DNA from: Pseudolysinimonas sp.
GTDB taxonomy: Bacteria > Actinomycetota > Actinomycetes > Actinomycetales > Microbacteriaceae
Assembly: GCF_044239695.1 (NCBI RefSeq)
Contig: NZ_JBIIAW010000003.1
Location: 5,316-69,315 of the forward strand
Reading direction: 5' to 3'
Length of the DNA: 64,000 nucleotides
The notes beneath the pieces are model-generated. The model was given only the letters and a program-made list of their open reading frames with translations. It had not been told where the DNA came from and made no database searches. Position 1 is the first letter of the stretch. Every line of letters starts with the position of its first letter. Made by a program: the position numbers and the translations under genes. Shown here one piece after another: positions 54,875-62,862 of this stretch.

Positions 54875-54921
54875 GTTCCCGCTGTTACCGATGTGACCGC
54901 ACGGTGTGACCGCTGTTACCG
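54875..54921. repeat. Repeat array B: GTTCCCGC + 4 x GTNACCG (inverted relative to array A)
   Basis: GTTCCCGC 54875-54882, GTTACCGAT 54884-54892, GTGACCG 54893-54899, GTGACCG 54906-54912, GTTACCG 54915-54921. The last copy overlaps the int stop codon. Confidence 0.85.
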
Positions 54922-56283
54922 CTCTGCGGGGTGAGACAGGAGGGGTACGCTCGGCGCGCCCGCACCGAAGAGCGCGTCGATCCGGTCGGCGAGCGAGCGG
55001 TCGGCGCCCTCGGCGAGGTGAGCGTAGATCGCCGCGGCACGCATGGTCGAGTGCCCGAGTCGTGCCTGCACCTCGGGGACGCTCGCGCCCGCACGGTAAG
55101 CGAGAGTCGCCCCGGTGTGTCGGAGGTCGTGCCAGGTGAGTTCGGGTCGGTCGATCGCGGCTCGCGCCCTGCGGAACAGGAACGAGACTCGGGCGTTCGT
55201 GACCGGCGCGCCGTCGATCGCGAACAGTAGCGCCTCGGGGTCGGCCGCGACGTAGGTATCGAGGTGGTCGACCAGGGCAGCGTGCACGAACCCGGGGAGG
55301 TGCACGACGCGTCGGCTGCGCTCGGTCTTCGGGGGGCCGAAGCGGATCGGTTCGCCAGGGACGCAGACCAGTGCTCTCTCGACGCTCACCGTTCCTGCCG
55401 CGACGTCGACGTGGCGCCGGGCGAGCGCGAAGAGTTCGCCGTAGCGCAGGCTCGACCAGGCTGCGATCGTCACCGCGGCTGCGAGCGGCCCCGGCATCGT
55501 CGCTGCGATCGCGCGGACCTCGGCGGGGCTCGCCGTCGCACGTTCGCGGTGGCGGACCGCTCCGGCGTTCGGGATCTGGCAGGGGTTGGTCGCGATCAGC
55601 CCGTCGTGCAGGGCCGTGCCCATTACGGTCCTGAGCACTCGGTAGGCGTGCGCGGCGGCGGTGCGGCCGGCTGCATCCGGGACGACGTCAGGCGCGCCTG
55701 CGAGCGTCGACGTCGGCGACCCCGCTGAACGCCACGCGCTGAGGACTGCGGGGCTGAGGCGCCCGGTAGCCGCTGCGGCCAAGCCGCGCTCTCGTGCCCA
55801 CTCTCGGGCAGGGTGCGCGCGCCGCGCCGCATCACGGCGCAGGCGCGCCTCGGCCGCGGTGCGGGTCGCTGCGAACACGGCGGCGTACCAGGTGCGTACG
55901 ACAGCGGGTGTGACGTCCGCGACCCGCATCCGCCCGAGGTCGATGATGCGGCCGCGCGAGGTGGTGACCGGGGCGAGCACGCGTCGTTGAAGGGTCCGTC
56001 GATACAGGTCGACGGTGCGGGGTGCGAGGTCGGGGCGGGACTCCAGCCAGTCGCCGATGTACGCCCCGAGGGTGACGTCGCCGAGCCGGGGGTCCTGCCA
56101 CGTGCCGCGTGACCGGTCGGCCCGCTCCTGCGCGAGCCACCCCTGCGCGGCGGCTTTGGTGTCGAAGGTGTGCGGTGCGCCGTAGCGCGATCCGTCGACG
56201 CGGTAGAAAGCGCGGTACCGGCCAGAGGGGAGCAGTTCTACGGTTCCCCAGCCGCCCGGGGTCTTGCGGGGTTTGCGACTCAT
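54916..56283 (-). CDS. int: Tyrosine integrase with N-terminal arm-type (AP2-like) DNA-binding domain
   Basis: Start at ATG 56283 (MSRKPRKTPGGWGTVELLPSGRYRAFYRVDG...). Catalytic residues are LRYGEL (R), HDLRHTG (HxxR), LGHST (H) and AIYAH (Y). It lies adjacent to the tRNA. Confidence 0.9.
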   Translation of the reverse strand: MSRKPRKTPGGWGTVELLPSGRYRAFYRVDGSRYGAPHTFDTKAAAQGWLAQERADRSRGTWQDPRLGDVTLGAYIGDWLESRPDLAPRTVDLYRRTLQRRVLAPVTTSRGRIIDLGRMRVADVTPAVVRTWYAAVFAATRTAAEARLRRDAARRAHPAREWARERGLAAAATGRLSPAVLSAWRSAGSPTSTLAGAPDVVPDAAGRTAAAHAYRVLRTVMGTALHDGLIATNPCQIPNAGAVRHRERATASPAEVRAIAATMPGPLAAAVTIAAWSSLRYGELFALARRHVDVAAGTVSVERALVCVPGEPIRFGPPKTERSRRVVHLPGFVHAALVDHLDTYVAADPEALLFAIDGAPVTNARVSFLFRRARAAIDRPELTWHDLRHTGATLAYRAGASVPEVQARLGHSTMRAAAIYAHLAEGADRSLADRIDALFGAGAPSVPLLSHPAER

Positions 56284-56307
56284 CACGAGCCTCTCTCGTA
56301 GGCACGT

Positions 56308-56327
56308 GAGTCCACGTGCGTCCACGA
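56308..56327. promoter_or_regulatory. GTCCACG doublet (candidate arm-type site), copy 2
   Basis: GAGTCCACGTGCGTCCACGA, 25-45 nt upstream of the int start and 74 nt from the att repeat. Confidence 0.5.
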
Positions 56328-56400
56328 AAGGGTCTGAACTCGCTTTCGGCTGGAGGCTGCTCAGCCCGTCGATCGCTTGGATCTCAGGGTTGAGTACTCC

Positions 56401-56442
56401 GAGCGGATGACGGGAATCGAACCCGCGCTATCAGCTTGGGAA
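56401..56442. repeat. att direct repeat inside the intact tRNA-Gly
   Basis: Identical 42-mer to 47195-47236. Covers the tRNA from the anticodon loop to the 3' end. Confidence 0.95.
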
Positions 56443-56472
56443 GCTGAAGTTCTGCCATTGAACTACATCCGC
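56402..56472 (-). tRNA. tRNA-Gly (anticodon CCC)
   Basis: Hand-folded 71-nt cloverleaf. Acceptor GCGGATG/CATCCGC, D stem GTTC/GAAC, anticodon stem TCAGC/GCTGA with loop TTCCCAA, T arm GCGGG-TTCGATT-CCCGT, discriminator T. No encoded CCA. Confidence 0.92.
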
Positions 56473-56540
56473 GTATCGGTGAGGGGGTGGAGCCCCGTCA
56501 CCGACTTCGACAGTCTAACCGAGCCCGGTAGCCTCGTCCC

Positions 56541-57146
56541 ATGCTGCTGAGCGACCGCGACATCCGCAAGGAACTGGATGAAGGCCGCATCGGCCTCGAC
56601 CCGCTCGACCGCGAGATGATCCAGCCGTCGAGCATCGACGTGCGCCTCGACCGGTTCTTCCGGCTCTTCGACAACCACAAGTACCCGTTCATCGATCCCG
56701 CCGAGGATCAGCCCGAGCTGACCCGGCTCATCGAGACGAAGCCCGACGAGCCGTTCATCCTGCACCCGGGCGAGTTCGTGCTCGGCTCGACGTTCGAGCT
56801 GGTCACGCTGCCCGACGATGTCGCCGCGCGGCTCGAAGGCAAGTCGAGCCTCGGGCGCCTCGGACTGCTCACGCACTCCACCGCCGGCTTCGTCGATCCC
56901 GGATTCTCCGGACACGTCACGCTCGAGCTGAGCAACGTGGCGACGCTGCCGATCAAGCTCTGGCCGGGGATGAAGATCGGGCAGCTCTGTTTCATCCGCA
57001 CGAGCTCCCCCGTCGACAACCCGTACGGTTCGGGCCAGTACGGCAACCGCTACCAGGGGCAGCGCGGGCCGACGGCATCCCGGTCGTTCCAGAACTTCCA
57101 CCGCACCGACGTCACGACGACCGACGCGGGGTCGGCGGGGAGCTGA
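56541..57146 (+). CDS. dcd: dCTP deaminase (dUMP-forming type likely)
   Basis: 201 aa with [17 protein letters not shown] and [11 protein letters not shown] typical of Dcd. Confidence 0.93.
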   Translation: MLLSDRDIRKELDEGRIGLDPLDREMIQPSSIDVRLDRFFRLFDNHKYPFIDPAEDQPELTRLIETKPDEPFILHPGEFVLGSTFELVTLPDDVAARLEGKSSLGRLGLLTHSTAGFVDPGFSGHVTLELSNVATLPIKLWPGMKIGQLCFIRTSSPVDNPYGSGQYGNRYQGQRGPTASRSFQNFHRTDVTTTDAGSAGS

Positions 57147-57206
57147 GCCCCGGGCAGCTAGAGGGTCTCGATACACCGCGCGACGCGCGGCACTCGACCC
57201 GCGGGG

Positions 57207-57761
57207 TCACGAGCGAGGGGGAGGCGTCGGCTTCCACTGCTTGAGCTGCAGCACGAGCCAGGGGCTGAACGCGAACGGCGTCGCCGCGACCGCCTTCGCC
57301 AGGTCGGCGGGCACCACCCAGGCCCAGTCGTCGACCTCGTCGGGCTTGGGCATCGGGTCGTCGCGGGCGATCGTGCGGAACACCGGGCAGATCTCGTTCT
57401 CGACGACGCCGCCGGAGTCGACGGCGCGGTAGCGGAAGCCGGGCAGCACCAGGTCGAGGTCGCCGATCGGCAGGGCGAGCTCCCGCAGGCCCCGGCGGCG
57501 CACGGCATCCTCGAGGTCCTCGCCGGGGGCGGGATGGCCGCAGAAGGCGTTGGTCCAGACGCCCGGGAAGGTCAGTTTCGTGATCGCGCGGCGGGTGACG
57601 AGCATGCGTCCGCGGGCGTCGAAGACGTGGCACGAGAAGGCGAGGTGCAGCGGGGTGTTCTCGTCGTGCACGGTCGCCTTGTCGGCGACGCCGATCGGCG
57701 AACCGTCTTCGGCGAGGAGCACGACCTGCTCGGGGGCCGGAAGTCCTGGGGGCTGTGACAT
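57207..57761 (-). CDS. idi: Isopentenyl-diphosphate delta-isomerase, type 1 (Nudix)
   Basis: 184 aa with motifs WTNAFCGHP and VENEICPVF. Confidence 0.9.
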   Translation of the reverse strand: MSQPPGLPAPEQVVLLAEDGSPIGVADKATVHDENTPLHLAFSCHVFDARGRMLVTRRAITKLTFPGVWTNAFCGHPAPGEDLEDAVRRRGLRELALPIGDLDLVLPGFRYRAVDSGGVVENEICPVFRTIARDDPMPKPDEVDDWAWVVPADLAKAVAATPFAFSPWLVLQLKQWKPTPPPRS

Positions 57762-57782
57762 GGGGGGAGGTAGTCTGCCTGA

Positions 57783-58847
57783 ATGGATGCTGGGGTCGCG
57801 ACGGCGGCGGAGCGGCAGTCGCAGGTCGACGCCGTTCTGGCGCGTCTGTTCAGCCTAGCCCGCAAGCGTGCCGCACCCTTGGGTGCCGCCTACCTCTCCC
57901 TCTGGGATTCGATCGAAGCCGCGACGACGGGGGGCAAGCGCTTCCGTCCCCGGATGGTGTTCGCCGCCTACGAGTCGCTCGGCGGCACCGATCGTGAGGC
58001 CGCCGCCTACGTCGGTGCCGCGTTCGAGCTGCTGCACACGTCGCTGTGCGTGCACGACGACGTCATCGACCACGACTTCGTGCGCCGGGGCCTGCCCAAC
58101 GTCTCGGGCACCTTCCGCGACCGCGCGGTCGCGGCGGGGGTCGAGCCGCGGGTCGCCGAGCACCACGGCATCAGCGCCGCCGTCATCGCGGGCGACCTCG
58201 CCCTGTTCAACGCCTACCGGCTGATCGACAAGAGCGGCGTCGGCGACGAGGTGCGCGGTCGGCTGCTCGAGGTCATGGACGAGGCCCTCTTCGCGAGTGC
58301 GGCCGGCGAGTTGATCGACATCGACTTCACCCTCCGCCCCGAGGCGCCGCACGTCGACGACATCCTCGCGATGGAGCGGTTGAAGACCGCCGTGTACTCG
58401 TTCGAGGGGCCGCTCCAGGCGGGCGCGATCCTGGCCGGTGCCTCCGAGGAGACGGTCGCGACGCTGGGCGAGTTCGGGCGCGAGATCGGCATCGCCTATC
58501 AGCTCGTCGACGACGTGCTCGGCGTGTTCGGCGCCGAATCCGAGACCGGCAAGACGACGATCGGCGACCTGCGCGAGGGCAAGCGCACGGTGCTGATCGC
58601 CTACGCCTCCTCCGCCCCCGGCTGGGAGGAGCTCACCGCCCTGTTCGGCGATCCCGAACTCGACGACGCGGGGGCCGCGCGCCTCCGCGCCCACCTCGTG
58701 CAGTCCGGAGCCCGCGGCTTCGCCGAAGGCCTCGCGCGCTACTACGCCAACCGCGCCCTCGCGCGCCTGGTCGAGCCGCACATCCCGGCGGCCCTGCGCG
58801 CGGAACTGCATCCCGTCGCCGACGCGATCCTCGGTCGCGTCAAGTGA
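57783..58847 (+). CDS. crtE: Geranylgeranyl diphosphate synthase (polyprenyl synthetase)
   Basis: 354 aa. First Asp-rich motif is VHDDVIDHD and the second is YQLVDDVLG. Confidence 0.88.
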   Translation: MDAGVATAAERQSQVDAVLARLFSLARKRAAPLGAAYLSLWDSIEAATTGGKRFRPRMVFAAYESLGGTDREAAAYVGAAFELLHTSLCVHDDVIDHDFVRRGLPNVSGTFRDRAVAAGVEPRVAEHHGISAAVIAGDLALFNAYRLIDKSGVGDEVRGRLLEVMDEALFASAAGELIDIDFTLRPEAPHVDDILAMERLKTAVYSFEGPLQAGAILAGASEETVATLGEFGREIGIAYQLVDDVLGVFGAESETGKTTIGDLREGKRTVLIAYASSAPGWEELTALFGDPELDDAGAARLRAHLVQSGARGFAEGLARYYANRALARLVEPHIPAALRAELHPVADAILGRVK

Positions 58848-59737
58848 GCCGCGACAAGGGAGGCGACGGGGGACCGCGCCTCACCCTCTACGACGAGGTG
58901 GCGCAGGCGACGGCGAGTCTCGTCATCCGCCGCTACTCCACGTCGTTCGGGATGGCGGCGCGGCTGCTCGGGGCCGGCATCCGGCAGCCGGTGGAGAACA
59001 TCTACGCGCTCGTGCGGGTCGCCGACGAGATCGTCGACGGCGGGGCCGAAGAGGCGGGCCTCGACCGGCTGGCCACGGGCCGGCTGCTCAACGCCTACGA
59101 GGAGGAGACCGAACGCGCGCTCGACGAGGGCTACTCGGCCGACCTCGTCGTGCACGCCTTCGCCCGCACCGCCCGGGCGGCGGGATTCGGCCCGGAGCTG
59201 ACGAAGCCGTTCTTCGCCTCGATGCGCGCCGACCTGCACGAGACGGTGCACGACGCGGCGAGTTTCGCGGAGTACGTGTACGGCTCCGCCGAGGTGGTCG
59301 GTCTGATGTGCCTCCGGGTCTTCCTCGTCGGCCACGAGCGCACCCCGGCCGAACTCGAGACGCTCGAACGGGGTGCCCGCGCGCTCGGCGCGGCGTTCCA
59401 GAAGGTCAACTTCCTCCGCGACCTGGCGGCCGACCACGACAAGCTGGGTCGTAGCTACTTCCCCGGCATCGACGTCTCCCGGCTGACCGACACCGAGAAG
59501 CTCGCCCTGGTCGACGACATCGACGCCGACCTCGCCCACGCCGCGGCGACCCTCCCGCTCCTCCCGCCCAGCTCGCGGCGCGCGGTCGCGCTCGCCCACG
59601 GCCTGTTCGCGGAACTGTCGCGGCGCATCCGCCGCACCCCGGCATCCGTTCTGATCACCACCCGCGTGCGGGTTCCCGACCCGGTGAAGCTGCGCATCGC
59701 GCTCGCCGCCGCCACGACCACAGGAGGCCGCGCATGA
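58844..59737 (+). CDS. crtB: Phytoene synthase
   Basis: GTGA-coupled GTG at 58844. 297 aa. Motifs are YALVRVADEIVD and FQKVNFLRDLAAD. Confidence 0.9.
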   Translation: MSRDKGGDGGPRLTLYDEVAQATASLVIRRYSTSFGMAARLLGAGIRQPVENIYALVRVADEIVDGGAEEAGLDRLATGRLLNAYEEETERALDEGYSADLVVHAFARTARAAGFGPELTKPFFASMRADLHETVHDAASFAEYVYGSAEVVGLMCLRVFLVGHERTPAELETLERGARALGAAFQKVNFLRDLAADHDKLGRSYFPGIDVSRLTDTEKLALVDDIDADLAHAAATLPLLPPSSRRAVALAHGLFAELSRRIRRTPASVLITTRVRVPDPVKLRIALAAATTTGGRA

Positions 59738-61311
59738 GCCGCATCGTTCTCATCGGAGGCGGGATCGGCGGTCTCGCCGCCGCCGCTCTGCTCAGCCGCG
59801 AGGGCCACGAGGTCGTGCTGCTCGAACGCAACGCCGAGTTCGGCGGGCGCGCCGGGTCGTGGGAGAAGGACGGCTTCCGCTTCGACACCGGCCCGTCCTG
59901 GTACCTGATGCCCGAGGTCTTCGACCACTTCTACCGGCTGCTCGGCACGAGCGCGGCGGCCGAACTCGAGCTCGTGCAGCTCGACCCCGGCTACCGCGTC
60001 TACGCCGAGGGCGAGAAGGAGCCGGTGGATGTCTCCGCCGACGTGCACGAGACGCTCGAGACCTTCGACCGCCTCGAGCCGGGCTCGGCGCTCAAGGTCG
60101 CGAAGTACCTCGATCGCGCCCGCGAGATCTACGAACTCGCCAAGGAGCGCTTCCTCTACTCGACGTTCGTGAAGCTCGGTCCGGTGTTCCGCGGCGAGGT
60201 GATCGCGAGCGGCGGCCGGCTCGGGCGTCTGCTGCTCGAGCCGCTGGACAAGCTGGTCAACCGCACCGTGAAGGACATCCGGCTGCGGCAGGTGCTCGGC
60301 TATCCGGCGGTCTTCCTCGGCTCGGCACCCGCCCTCGCCCCGAGCATGTACTCGCTGATGAGCCACCTCGACCTCGTCGACGGCGTGCTCTATCCGGTCG
60401 GCGGCTTCACCCGCGTGATCTCGTCGATCGAGAACCTCGCCCGCGCCGCCGGGGCCGAGCTGCGGGCCGGGGCCCAGGTGCGGCGCATTATCGTGACCGA
60501 CGGCGTCGCGACGGGCGTCGAACTCGCCGACGGCGAGGTGATCGAGGCCGACATGGTCGTGTCGGCGGCCGACCTGCACCACACCGAGACGGTGCTGCTC
60601 ACCGACGACTCCTCCCGGTCGTACCCGGAGGAGTACTGGCAGAAAGCCGTCGCGGGACCCTCGGCTCTGCTGGTCTACCTCGGGGTGCAGGGGGAGCTGC
60701 CCGAACTCGAGCACCACACCCTGTTCTTCGCGCAGGCCTGGGCGGCGAACTTCGAGGCGATCTTCGGCAAGACCCCGCGCATCCCGGACGTGCCGTCGTT
60801 CTACGTCTGCAAGCCGAGCGGCATCGACCCGTCGGTCGCGCCCGAGGGCACCGAGAACGTGTTCGTGCTCGTTCCGCTGCCCGCCGACCCGGGGCTCGGC
60901 CACGGCGGTCTCGACGGCGCGGGCGACGAACGGATGGAGGCGCTCGCCGACTCGGTGATCGCGCGCATCGCGGAGGAGGCCGGCATCCCCGACCTGGCGA
61001 CCCGCATCGTGCTGCGCCGCACCGTCGGCCCCGCCGACTTCGTGAGCGACCTGAACGCCTGGAAGGGCACGGCGCTCGGGCCGGCCCACATCCTCAAGCA
61101 GAGCGCCTTCTTCCGCCCCGGCAACATGTCGAAGCGGGTGAAGAACCTCTACTACGTCGGGTCGTCGACGATCCCCGGCATCGGCCTGCCGATGTGCCTG
61201 ATCTCCGCCGAGGTGCTCGTCAAGCGCCTGCGCGGCGACACCACCGCGGGTCCGCTCGAGGCCCCGCTGCGCAGCGTCACCACGACCGCGACCGGGCGGA
61301 TGCTGGGGTGA
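59734..61311 (+). CDS. crtI: Phytoene desaturase
   Basis: 525 aa. N-terminal FAD fold is VLIGGGIGGLAAAALL. ATGA coupling. Confidence 0.92.
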   Translation: MSRIVLIGGGIGGLAAAALLSREGHEVVLLERNAEFGGRAGSWEKDGFRFDTGPSWYLMPEVFDHFYRLLGTSAAAELELVQLDPGYRVYAEGEKEPVDVSADVHETLETFDRLEPGSALKVAKYLDRAREIYELAKERFLYSTFVKLGPVFRGEVIASGGRLGRLLLEPLDKLVNRTVKDIRLRQVLGYPAVFLGSAPALAPSMYSLMSHLDLVDGVLYPVGGFTRVISSIENLARAAGAELRAGAQVRRIIVTDGVATGVELADGEVIEADMVVSAADLHHTETVLLTDDSSRSYPEEYWQKAVAGPSALLVYLGVQGELPELEHHTLFFAQAWAANFEAIFGKTPRIPDVPSFYVCKPSGIDPSVAPEGTENVFVLVPLPADPGLGHGGLDGAGDERMEALADSVIARIAEEAGIPDLATRIVLRRTVGPADFVSDLNAWKGTALGPAHILKQSAFFRPGNMSKRVKNLYYVGSSTIPGIGLPMCLISAEVLVKRLRGDTTAGPLEAPLRSVTTTATGRMLG

Positions 61312-61664
61312 ACTTCCTGTACCTCGGCGCGCTGCTCGTGTCGATCGCCGGGATGGTCGTGCTCGACCTGCGGTTCAAGCTGTTCTTCGCCGCGGCACCC
61401 CTCCGCGCGGCGATCGTGCTCGTCGTCGGCCTGGCGTTCTTCCTCGCCTGGGACGTCGCCGGCATCACCCTCGGCATCTTCTTCCGCGGCAATCCCGGGC
61501 TGCTGACCGGCGTGCTGCTGGCGCCCGAACTCCCCCTCGAGGAACTCTTCTTCCTCACCCTCCTCATCTTCACGACGATGAACTCCTATGCCGCCCTCTC
61601 CCGTGGGTTGAGTAGCGGGCGGCGTAGCCGCACGCGTATCGAAACCGGGAGCGCAGACGCATGA
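61308..61664 (+). CDS. crtYe: C50 carotenoid cyclase subunit (lycopene cyclase domain)
   Basis: GTGA-coupled GTG at 61308. 118 aa with 3 TM helices. Its position between crtI and crtEb matches the heterodimeric CrtYe/Yf arrangement. Confidence 0.8.
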   Translation: MNFLYLGALLVSIAGMVVLDLRFKLFFAAAPLRAAIVLVVGLAFFLAWDVAGITLGIFFRGNPGLLTGVLLAPELPLEELFFLTLLIFTTMNSYAALSRGLSSGRRSRTRIETGSADA

Positions 61665-61996
61665 CGTACTGGATGCTCAACGCCCCGTTCCTCGCCCTAG
61701 TCGCTCTCGTCGCCGTGGTCGCCCTGATCGCCCGCCGGTCACCGTCGTGGCGCGGCATCGGCCTCGCCGCGATCGTCGTGCTCGTGCTGACGGCGATCTT
61801 CGACAACGTCCTGGTCGGCACCGGCATCGTGGGCTACGACCCCGCGCTGATCTCGGGCGCGAAGATCGGCGTCGCCCCCCTCGAGGACTTCGCCTACGCG
61901 ATCGCCGCCCTCGTGCTGCTGCCGTCGCTCTGGTCGCTGCTGACCCCTCGGTCGTCGAGTAGCGCGCAGCGCGTGTCGAGACGGGCATCCGAATGA
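61661..61996 (+). CDS. crtYf: C50 carotenoid cyclase subunit (lycopene cyclase domain)
   Basis: 111 aa with 3 TM helices. ATGA coupling on both sides. Confidence 0.8.
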   Translation: MTYWMLNAPFLALVALVAVVALIARRSPSWRGIGLAAIVVLVLTAIFDNVLVGTGIVGYDPALISGAKIGVAPLEDFAYAIAALVLLPSLWSLLTPRSSSSAQRVSRRASE

Positions 61997-62862
61997 TGCG
62001 TTCGCTGTTCCTCACGAGCCGCCCGCTGAGCTGGGTGAACACGGCGTTCCCGTTCGCCGCGGCCTACTTCATGACGACGCGCGAGATCGATGCGACGCTG
62101 ATCGTCGGCACCCTGTTCTTCCTCGTGCCGTACAACTTCGCGATGTACGGCATCAACGACGTCTTCGACTACCAGTCGGATCTGCGCAACCCGCGCAAGG
62201 GTGGCGTCGAGGGTGCGCTGCTCGAGCCGCGCTGGCACCGCCTCGTGCTCTGGCTGTCCGGCATCCTCGCGCTGCCCTTCGTGGTCTACCTCGTCGTGGT
62301 CGGCGACCCGGCGAGTTGGGCGGCGCTGGCCGTGAGCCTCTTCGCGGTCGTCGCGTATTCGGCCGCGGGCCTGCGTTTCAAGGAGCGCCCCGTGCTGGAC
62401 TCGCTCACCTCGAGCACCCACTTCGTCTCGCCCGCGGTCTACGGCCTGCTGCTGGCCGGCGCCGACTTCACGCCGGCGCTGTACGCGCTGCTCGCCGCGT
62501 TCTTCCTCTGGGGCGCGGCGTCGCACGCCTTCGGAGCGGTTCAGGATGTCGTGGCCGACCGGGAAGGCGGGATCGGCTCGATCGCCACCGTCATCGGGGC
62601 GCGCCGCACCGTGCGCCTCTCGGTCGTGCTCTACCTGCTCGCCGGCATCCTGCTGCTCGCCACGGACTGGCCGGGTCCGCTCGGTGCCGTGCTCGCCCTG
62701 CCGTATGCGATCAACGTCGCCGGCTGGTGGCGGGTCACCGACGAGACCGCGCCCGACGCCAACCGGGGGTGGCGCCGGTTCCTCTGGCTCAACTTCGCGA
62801 CCGGGTTCGGCGTCACGATGCTGCTGATCGCCTACGCCTTCGTGGCGCCCGCCGCGCCCTGA
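61993..62862 (+). CDS. crtEb: Lycopene elongase (UbiA-family prenyltransferase)
   Basis: 289 aa, polytopic. UbiA Asp-rich motif is NDVFDYQSD. Confidence 0.85.
   Translation: MMRSLFLTSRPLSWVNTAFPFAAAYFMTTREIDATLIVGTLFFLVPYNFAMYGINDVFDYQSDLRNPRKGGVEGALLEPRWHRLVLWLSGILALPFVVYLVVVGDPASWAALAVSLFAVVAYSAAGLRFKERPVLDSLTSSTHFVSPAVYGLLLAGADFTPALYALLAAFFLWGAASHAFGAVQDVVADREGGIGSIATVIGARRTVRLSVVLYLLAGILLLATDWPGPLGAVLALPYAINVAGWWRVTDETAPDANRGWRRFLWLNFATGFGVTMLLIAYAFVAPAAP

Larger units (their letters stand above)
47195..56442. mobile_element. 9.2-kb integrative element in tRNA-Gly(CCC) (prophage remnant / satellite-like / integrative element)
   Basis: Bounded by perfect 42-bp direct repeats. Contains two tyrosine recombinases, an Xis-like HTH, PrimPol and a DUF3631-type ATPase. 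GC looks slightly lower than the flanks. Confidence 0.88.

Noticed and set aside
47195-56442. The idea that the island is two tandemly integrated elements, one per recombinase.
   Set aside because: I found no third copy or remnant of the 42-bp att/tRNA sequence between the ends. The matching GTCCACG doublets occur only near the two outer ends. This remains tentative without alignment tools.
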